A stretch of 37,298 nucleotides of DNA from a virus (taxonomy: Duplodnaviria; Caudoviricetes): positions 1 through 37,298 of IMG/VR virus record IMGVR_UViG_3300032232_000062; one strand, given 5' to 3'. Shown here piece after piece: positions 17,115 through 23,497 of this stretch. The position numbers and the translations under genes are program-made. How positions within the stretch are numbered: position 1 is the stretch's first letter; each line of letters begins with the position of its first letter. The notes beneath the pieces are model-generated. The model did not search any database, was not told the origin of the DNA, and saw nothing but the letters and a program-made list of their open reading frames with translations.

Positions 17115-18637
17115 TATGCACCCATCCAAGATCCGGCGATTGCGTCACGATTCATCGTAATAGTACGGGGCCGTTCAACGTACTCACGGTGCGCTACAGG
17201 ATATGCAAAGGTCACCGCCAACGCATCAGCCGCATCAGGTGATGCCAATCCTCTAGACTTCATTTCTTTCTTGCCTTCCAGAAAGATCGTACCCGCTGAG
17301 TTGGGCTTTTTCATCGGCCCAACCAAATCATCCTTGAGCATCTTGTCCTGCGGGATGCTGGCAGTCTTTAACCACTCGCGCATCGCGCCCCACATCTCAG
17401 CCCGCTTATTGCCCCACATTACGGGATTCTTGGCTTTCCAACCAAAGTTTACCCCTCGCACCTTATACCGTTGCTCGGTTAATCTGTCAAGTATTCCGTA
17501 ACCTAAACCGCCTTCGTCTATTACAGTCAACGTCGGTTTGTATTCGTCAATCGCGTCAATGACACGACCGACAATCGACATCGTATCTTCGCCCTTGTAC
17601 CGCTTGATTGCTACGATGTCACGCCCGCGTCTGACGACAATGACCGTCGAGTCTAGTCCACCCCTTGCCGGATCGACCCCTATTACTATAGGCGCGGTTT
17701 CGTCTTTGTACTTGGGTCGCTTGAATGCGTCCTCGACGATCATCGGTGAGATGAACTGATCCTCACCCGCGCTTGGGAAGTCACCGTACACCTCCACGCG
17801 CGCTTGGATCGAATCCTCGCCGTACTCCGCGATGATCTGCTCGTAGACCTGCTTGTCCGTCCCCTCGACCGTGCGCGCATCTATCTGGCGCGTTTGCCAG
17901 AAATCACGCTTACTATTAAACGTCTCAAAGAAGTACCCGCTGTTGCGCCGAGGGTTGCTAAACGCGAACCAGTAGCGGTCCAGAATGTTCTCTGTAAAGA
18001 AGCCCGCCCCGACTGACCAGATTGCGTCGGCAATACCGCTGGCCTCGTCAAAGATCAACATCATTCCGTCGTGGTTGTGTACCCCGGCGTAGGCGTCGGG
18101 ATTCTCTTCTGACCAGAGTTTGCCTTCCGCTGCCCAGTAGCGCGTGCCCTTCTTAAGATCCCGCTCGACCAGTTCGGTCAACCACTGTGCCGGTACGATC
18201 TTAGTCGCACTAATCTCCCACCAATGGGAGTTGATGATCATCGCTTGCCACTTGGTCAGTTCGCCCCAGGTAACCGACCTTAACTGCGCCTCGCTGTTGG
18301 CGCTGACAATAACCGTCGAGCCGATCCGAGTGGACAGCATCCACAGAATCAGCCAACTAACTAACGCCGATTTACCGATACCCCGTCCGCTGGACACCGC
18401 CTCGCGCAGCGTGTCCATGTTGACCTTACCTTCGTTGACTTTGATGTGCTTGGTAATGTCACGCAGTATCTCGCGCTGCCATTTGCGCGGCCCGCTGAAC
18501 TTAGCTAACGGTGTGTTGGGCTGGCCCCACGGAAACGCGAACAGTACAAACGCTTCAGGATCGTTCGCTATTGCGGGTGACCACAACCGCGTCATCAACG
18601 TCTGCTCTTCGGCTGATGTATAGATCGTTTTTTGCAT
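17114..18637 (-). CDS. terL: Terminase large subunit (507 aa)
   Basis: Walker A SGRGIGKS, Walker B LIFDEASG, SNP motif, nuclease motifs GVDPARGGLD and SPDAADALA. Confidence 0.95.
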   Translation of the reverse strand: MQKTIYTSAEEQTLMTRLWSPAIANDPEAFVLFAFPWGQPNTPLAKFSGPRKWQREILRDITKHIKVNEGKVNMDTLREAVSSGRGIGKSALVSWLILWMLSTRIGSTVIVSANSEAQLRSVTWGELTKWQAMIINSHWWEISATKIVPAQWLTELVERDLKKGTRYWAAEGKLWSEENPDAYAGVHNHDGMMLIFDEASGIADAIWSVGAGFFTENILDRYWFAFSNPRRNSGYFFETFNSKRDFWQTRQIDARTVEGTDKQVYEQIIAEYGEDSIQARVEVYGDFPSAGEDQFISPMIVEDAFKRPKYKDETAPIVIGVDPARGGLDSTVIVVRRGRDIVAIKRYKGEDTMSIVGRVIDAIDEYKPTLTVIDEGGLGYGILDRLTEQRYKVRGVNFGWKAKNPVMWGNKRAEMWGAMREWLKTASIPQDKMLKDDLVGPMKKPNSAGTIFLEGKKEMKSRGLASPDAADALAVTFAYPVAHREYVERPRTITMNRDAIAGSWMGA

Positions 18638-19016
18638 TCTCTAGCACTCTGGTTTGCGCGGCTTCTAGCGCCTGTGTGATGCTGATCCGCTGATACACAT
18701 CAACGCTGACTTCCTGTTTGGCCGTCCACTCGTGCCGGTGACGCAGGATCTCTAACGCAGCCTTGGCGTCGCCACCTAACGCCGCGCTATTAAGAACCTG
18801 CGAGATCTCACGTTCGTTATCCGCACGGCCTTTTTGTTCAGCCATTTCCGCTAACGGATCTAGCTGACACAGTTGCCGATACTCAGCGGGCAGCATACCA
18901 GCAGCCAGCGCCAGCGAGTCACCTTTCAGACCTAACTTCGCCGCGTCGTAGATGGACTGAAGACGCGCCTCTGTTGCCTGAACATTTCTGACAGTTAGTG
19001 GCAAAGATTTGAACAT
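18555..19016 (-). CDS. terS: Terminase small subunit (probable start ATG 19016)
   Basis: Helical 153-aa ORF upstream of and overlapping terL; GDAKAALEILRHRHEW motif. Confidence 0.72.
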   Translation of the reverse strand: MFKSLPLTVRNVQATEARLQSIYDAAKLGLKGDSLALAAGMLPAEYRQLCQLDPLAEMAEQKGRADNEREISQVLNSAALGGDAKAALEILRHRHEWTAKQEVSVDVYQRISITQALEAAQTRVLENAKNDLYISRRADVDDAVVVTRNSERS

Positions 19017-19022
19017 GATCCG

Positions 19023-19031
19023 ATTGTAACA
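19023..19031 (-). promoter_or_regulatory. Extended -10 promoter for the packaging/structural operon
   Basis: Minus strand TGTTACAAT, followed by 6 nt and then the terS ATG; T-rich upstream. Confidence 0.6.
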
Positions 19032-19107
19032 AAAAAATTTTAAAAAATGTTTGTGGGGGGTGCGTGGACGTGACCGGTCGGGCCAAGGCCCTACCCGGCC
19101 CCCCTCG

Positions 19108-19578
19108 TGTACCCGGATGTTTGCCATGTCCACAATGGTCGGTGCGGCCTGGGGCCGTCGGGCATCAGGGCATCAGGGCATCGGGGCCGTCGCGCGTGCG
19201 CGTGCGCGTGCCCGGATGTGAGCGCGTGCCCGGATGTGAGCGCGTGCGCGTGCGCGTGCCCGGATGTGAGCGCCCTAAAAAACCGTTACAAATTGTAGTA
19301 ATGTGCCCGGATGTTAACGGCTCACAAAAATCGTTCTATTTTTTAGTGTGTGAGCGTTTCCCGCTGTTTGCCATGCTAAAAAATCGGTGCGGGAAAAAAC
19401 GCGGGGGATTTTCGTGGCCGTCGCACGGCAAAATTCCCCTATATATAAAACTCAACTTTTTTCAAAAGTAGACTAGTTAACATCCGGGCACACCCCGCAA
19501 ACCCGCGCCGTTACGCCGTTTTGTGTGGACACTTGCCCTCGTTTTTTGGCTCACAAAACGCTCACAAAGTGTCCACAC
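19108..19578. repeat. Non-coding repeat region (putative origin and/or packaging site)
   Basis: CCCGGATGT at 19112, 19211, 19229, 19259 and 19306, inverted at 19480; tandem GGGCATC(A/G) x3; GCGCGT runs; 17-bp and 12-bp inverted repeats; AT-rich patch. Confidence 0.8.
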
Positions 19579-19612
19579 TCTCAAATTAGGGTTTCCCCTA
19601 GTCAAAAAGTTA

Positions 19613-19641
19613 TTGACAAGTGTGATGCGCGCGCGTACAGT
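19613..19641 (+). promoter_or_regulatory. sigma70 early promoter
   Basis: TTGACA (19613-18), 17-bp spacer, TACAGT (19636-41); downstream AGGAG RBS and ATG at 19692. Confidence 0.8.
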
Positions 19642-19691
19642 ACTCACATGGCGACGCAGAACGCGACGCTAACAACCTAGGAGAACACACA

Positions 19692-20117
19692 ATGGCAACG
19701 CTATCGAAACACGGAACTGAAATTGGGCGCTTGGTTTACGTTGACTACGTCAAGTCTTACCGTTCGGACGGGACGGTTATGAAAAACCACGGGTTCGGAT
19801 GGAAGATGGCCGGTAAAGTTAAACCTGGCGCGGATATCGTCGACGTTTATCAAAAAGCGGTCGAGCATCAACGCGACTTTTTAGCTAAGTATCCAGCGCA
19901 CGCAGCCTATCGGAAAATGCTCCACTCGTTGGCTGGCGTCGGGAAAGCGTGGAAACTTCACGCTTGCATCCAGCTAATGCACGATGACGTCGACGGAGTG
20001 TGGAGCGAATGTTGCGACGGGTACAGCGACAATGTTCACGCTGACTTGGATGAAATTGCGAAATTGTGTCGACTCTATGAGGATTCACGGCGCGAGCGTG
20101 AAACTGTAGCGGCCTAA
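19692..20117 (+). CDS. Early hypothetical protein (141 aa)
   Basis: First gene after the promoter; TAGGAG RBS. Confidence 0.8.
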   Translation: MATLSKHGTEIGRLVYVDYVKSYRSDGTVMKNHGFGWKMAGKVKPGADIVDVYQKAVEHQRDFLAKYPAHAAYRKMLHSLAGVGKAWKLHACIQLMHDDVDGVWSECCDGYSDNVHADLDEIAKLCRLYEDSRRERETVAA

Positions 20118-20124
20118 AATTTCA

Positions 20125-20170
20125 GCTCATGCGCGCGCTACCATGCGCGCATGAGCGGACGTTTTGTCCG
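20125..20170 (+). other. Intergenic double hairpin
   Basis: GCTCATGCGCGC-GCTACCAT-GCGCGCATGAGC, then CGGAC-GTTTT-GTCCG. Confidence 0.7.
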
Positions 20171-20195
20171 ATCACACTAACCTAAGGTGCACTCA

Positions 20196-20795
20196 ATGAA
20201 AATCAACGTCAAACTCTCAGCGCTGCGCGCAATTTCACAATTCAGCGCTGATCAAGATATTCGCTATTACCTGAACACGGTCCGCGTGGAAGCTGACAAG
20301 GATCGCACGATCCTAACCGCGACGGACGGCCATTGCTTGGGAATCCATCGCACACTGCGCGCTGAAAATGAAGTCAGCGACAAGGTGACGATTCTGCTAC
20401 CGTTCGACGTCATCAAAATGCTTAAGCCAGCGAAAAATAAACTCGACGCGGCCGTCATTGAAACTGACGACGGGTTGAAGGGTACGATCAGCGTGATCGG
20501 CGGAGCGACAATTGGATGGGCGGCCGTCGACGGCAAGTTTCCCGATATTCCGCGCGTTATTCCGCAAAAGTGTTCGGGTGAAGTCGCTCAGATAAACCCG
20601 GCCGTACTCGCAAAATTTGCGGCCGCTAACAAGCTATTTGGGAAAACATGGGCGCCTAAGGTTTGGCATAACGGCACGTCATGCGCGGCCGTTACGCTCC
20701 AGGAACCCGACTTTTTTGGATGCCTGATGCCTTATCGTGATCCTGAGGGTTTGACCGGCTACGTTGCGCCCGCCTGGACACTCGAAACATTTTAA
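20196..20795 (+). CDS. Truncated DNA polymerase III beta-clamp homologue (199 aa)
   Basis: RYYLNTV, ATDGH, GKFPDIPRVIP and C-terminal LMPYR match DnaN domain II-III motifs; AAGGT RBS. Confidence 0.78.
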   Translation: MKINVKLSALRAISQFSADQDIRYYLNTVRVEADKDRTILTATDGHCLGIHRTLRAENEVSDKVTILLPFDVIKMLKPAKNKLDAAVIETDDGLKGTISVIGGATIGWAAVDGKFPDIPRVIPQKCSGEVAQINPAVLAKFAAANKLFGKTWAPKVWHNGTSCAAVTLQEPDFFGCLMPYRDPEGLTGYVAPAWTLETF

Positions 20796-20806
20796 GGGGA
20801 AACACT

Positions 20807-21031
20807 ATGCAGGCAATCATCACAAAATTTATCGGACCGACCAACCATCGCGGCGCGCGTATAAAGGCGATCGCGGCCGCCGGTAGCGTAACGGTTCCGT
20901 ATGAGTATGGGTCGGACACCACGGGCGCGCATCGGATCGCGGCCGTCGCATTTTGCGACAAGTTTGATTGGCGGTTCGATCATATCGCGGGCGGTTTGCC
21001 TGACGGTTCGCTCGCATGGGTGAAAAAATGA
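20807..21031 (+). CDS. Early hypothetical protein (74 aa)
   Basis: AAGGGG RBS; MQAIITKFIGPTNHRGARIKA is a type I recall from other phage early regions. Confidence 0.75.
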   Translation: MQAIITKFIGPTNHRGARIKAIAAAGSVTVPYEYGSDTTGAHRIAAVAFCDKFDWRFDHIAGGLPDGSLAWVKK

Positions 21032-21126
21032 AACTTGAAACCCTTGCAACAGGCGCGCTGATCGGTTGGGTTATCGTCTGCAGCGTCATCCTATCCGACG
21101 CTATAATCGCGGCGCTGTGTCGTTAG
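21028..21126 (+). CDS. Hydrophobic microprotein (32 aa; not in the ORF track)
   Basis: ATGA coupling; MKLETLATGALIGWVIVCSVILSDAIIAALCR. Confidence 0.6.
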   Translation: MKLETLATGALIGWVIVCSVILSDAIIAALCR

Positions 21127-21176
21127 TGATCGCGGCCATATTCGCCGCCATCCTAGTGATCATCCTAGATCTATAA
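21117..21176 (+). CDS. Hydrophobic peptide (16-19 aa; not in the ORF track)
   Basis: GTG at 21117 or 21126; MSLVIAAIFAAILVIILDL; the stop abuts the terminator. Confidence 0.5.
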   Translation: MSLVIAAIFAAILVIILDL

Positions 21177-21198
21177 CCCGCCGAAAGGCGGGTTTTTT
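21175..21198 (+). terminator. Rho-independent terminator of the early operon
   Basis: AACCCGCC-GAAA-GGCGGGTT-TTTT between convergent genes. Confidence 0.88.
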
Positions 21199-23443
21199 AC
21201 GTGGGTTGATAGTCGGGCTCGACCATCCGACGCAGCGTAGACGCGCCCGCGGCCGCTAGATCGGGCGCGCAATAAACGTGACGCTTCGATTCAAGCCCAC
21301 GGGCCGCAACGCGCCCGCAGTCGATCCACCCCGCTTCCTTAATCGCTTGTAGTAGGGCCTGTTGGTACAGTTTCAACCCGGCCGGAGCGGATCGCGCTAA
21401 ATCGTCAAGTACAGCTTGCAATGGTGCCGCGATCACGCCGCGCGTGAAAACACCTTTACGCGCGCGCATGAGTTCCAGAATGTAAGACTCCGCACCCGAC
21501 AGCGAGTTCTCGGTCATAGTTTGCTTAAACTCGGTCATAGGTGGAGCGGCGCCGGGATTGAACCGTGACACGTCGCGCGCGTGCAACCAAGCCGCCACGG
21601 CCGCGCGCCCGCCAGTGCGGAGCCACTGCCAGATTGCGGCCCCATCCGAATCGCTCATGCGCCCGACGTGCGACCATATGCAGAACCAACGGCGATCCTG
21701 CGCGCTGATCGATATAGGCAGTAAGTCATTCGAAAACGCCAGCACGAAACCCCGGTTTGCCATCATATAGGGGTGAAGTCCCTTTCGATTCACGGCCAGC
21801 ACCTCGGGCGGCGCTGCGATGATAGGTTTAAGTTTATTGGCCAGAACCCGGCGATCCGCTGCGAGGGCTTCCTTTAACTCGTTGATAACTAGAATCTCAG
21901 ACTCTAATTGATAGCCCCATTGGGACGTGAGCGACTCATTGTCAACCAAACCCAGATTGTGTTTATTGTCTCCGCAAACCGCCCATATAAACGGGTCGTA
22001 CATCGTATCTTTACCCGATCCTTCATCCGACGCATGAAGGATCGCATGGTTGATCTTAACGCGCGGGTTTTGCACCTTATAAGCCATAACGTCCCATATA
22101 TGGTCAAGCTCTGACTGTACCGGGACCAACTTGCGGCAATGGTCGATCCACGCCTGAATCGGCCCCGCCATAGGCGTTGGCCGCGCGTCAACCCAACGGT
22201 TCGCATAGGGTAGGTTATCCCGCACGGCCAGAACCGACTCGCCCGCAGCATAGGTCAAGCCCGCGAGGATATGCCCGCCCGCGGCCGTTCGGTTCTCGTC
22301 AAACCATAGGGACGGGTTGATGATCCGCGCCTTCCCGCCGTTATTGTGCATCGAATGGCACATGATCCCGCGATAGGTCGCGTCGAACGCGCGCCGCGAT
22401 ATAAGCACACGGTCCACTAGGTCGAAATAGGCGTCATCCGACTGCACATATGCGAAACGCTTAAACCAGTCGGCCCGTTCGACCCGCGCCCGCTCGCGCG
22501 CCTCAACTTGCGCGATCACGGCTTTAGCATCATCTGTGAACATTTCCGTAGGCGTCAATTTAGACAACGCGCCGCCCATAACCGACGCGAGCAACTCATC
22601 ACGTAGGCCATAGGTCCGCTTAGGTCCGCCCTCCTGCTCCACCCACGCTAGAAACCGCGCGGAGTCCCATTCGGTGCAATGCGAATGTAGACAGCAATAC
22701 GCCCGCGAAGCGGGCATATAACGACCCTCTGGATTGCCGTCTGAGTGTTCCGCGCTGTTAGGGCAGATCACGCCCCACCAGCCCGCAGAGTTGCCCTTTT
22801 GTGTGACTTCCTTGCGCTCGACAAGCCACGCCAGCACGTCATCTGACCCGTCATCCTTTAGGACACCGGGACGAAATGTCGTGGTCTCGACCGCGCCGGG
22901 AACGACCGACAGAGCGCCGCAGATCTCCTCAAGGCTAAACTCGCGCGATGGGTTGAACTCGACCAAGCGCGCGGCGAAGCGGTTACGTCCGGGCTTTAGA
23001 TTGATAGACCCCGGAATGCGTATATTGCGGACCGGATTGATAGCGCCGGGGTCCGTATAGCCCGCAGCGGCGATCGCCTTGATCGCTGCGCTATAGACGG
23101 ATTTGTGGGGCTGATCGTCTAGTCGGAATACGTAGCACCATTGGAAGTTATCCTTCGACGTTTCAATGATCCACGTCGGTCTAATCGTCGGCGTTTTAGA
23201 CTTCGTACCGACGTCATCTAGAACCAAGCACCACACGTTCTCACAGAACGCGGCTCCGGCTGACACTCTTTGACCGTCAAAGCGCGACTCTATAAACGAG
23301 CCGATGTTGACGTACCACGCACCCTCGCCGCGCGGCTTGCGAAACGCAGGATAGGCGTAACCGCCCTCACGCTCGACTTGTTTAGTGAATAGTACAACTT
23401 CACCCTCGGGCGCGAGGGCTATGATATGATCCACCAGTTCCAT
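21197..23443 (-). CDS. Primase-helicase: RepB/AEP-like primase, Zn-binding region and SF3-type helicase (748 aa)
   Basis: LVLDDVGTK and ETSKDNFQW; CPNSAEH...CLHSHC; Walker A EGSGKDT; LVINE; FSN and DRRW. Confidence 0.85.
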   Translation of the reverse strand: MELVDHIIALAPEGEVVLFTKQVEREGGYAYPAFRKPRGEGAWYVNIGSFIESRFDGQRVSAGAAFCENVWCLVLDDVGTKSKTPTIRPTWIIETSKDNFQWCYVFRLDDQPHKSVYSAAIKAIAAAGYTDPGAINPVRNIRIPGSINLKPGRNRFAARLVEFNPSREFSLEEICGALSVVPGAVETTTFRPGVLKDDGSDDVLAWLVERKEVTQKGNSAGWWGVICPNSAEHSDGNPEGRYMPASRAYCCLHSHCTEWDSARFLAWVEQEGGPKRTYGLRDELLASVMGGALSKLTPTEMFTDDAKAVIAQVEARERARVERADWFKRFAYVQSDDAYFDLVDRVLISRRAFDATYRGIMCHSMHNNGGKARIINPSLWFDENRTAAGGHILAGLTYAAGESVLAVRDNLPYANRWVDARPTPMAGPIQAWIDHCRKLVPVQSELDHIWDVMAYKVQNPRVKINHAILHASDEGSGKDTMYDPFIWAVCGDNKHNLGLVDNESLTSQWGYQLESEILVINELKEALAADRRVLANKLKPIIAAPPEVLAVNRKGLHPYMMANRGFVLAFSNDLLPISISAQDRRWFCIWSHVGRMSDSDGAAIWQWLRTGGRAAVAAWLHARDVSRFNPGAAPPMTEFKQTMTENSLSGAESYILELMRARKGVFTRGVIAAPLQAVLDDLARSAPAGLKLYQQALLQAIKEAGWIDCGRVAARGLESKRHVYCAPDLAAAGASTLRRMVEPDYQPT

Positions 23444-23462
23444 GTGCTCTTCTCCTGTGTTG

Positions 23463-23491
23463 AAGCCCGCCCTTCCCGGCGGGCTTTTTTT
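23463..23491 (+). terminator. Terminator-like hairpin oriented antisense to its flanking genes
   Basis: AAGCCCGCC-CTTCCC-GGCGGGCTT-TTTTT on the + strand. Confidence 0.7.
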
Positions 23492-23497
23492 GTACGG

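Noticed and set aside
14684-18693. Many + strand ORFs opposite the portal and terminase genes
   Set aside because: Antisense shadows of long conserved genes, with no motifs or RBS.
19017-19133. N-terminal extension of terS in the ORF track (start 19133)
   Set aside because: It runs through the promoter and poly-T/poly-C tracts; ATG 19016 fits the promoter geometry better.
19190-19320. Mini CRISPR array
   Set aside because: The repeats are only ~18 bp, adjacent or separated by GCGCGT runs, with no unique spacers.
19064-19471. ORFs 19064..19471 and 19107..19298 with RVPGCE/CPDVSA repeats
   Set aside because: These are translations of the DNA repeats in an otherwise non-coding control region, with no RBS.
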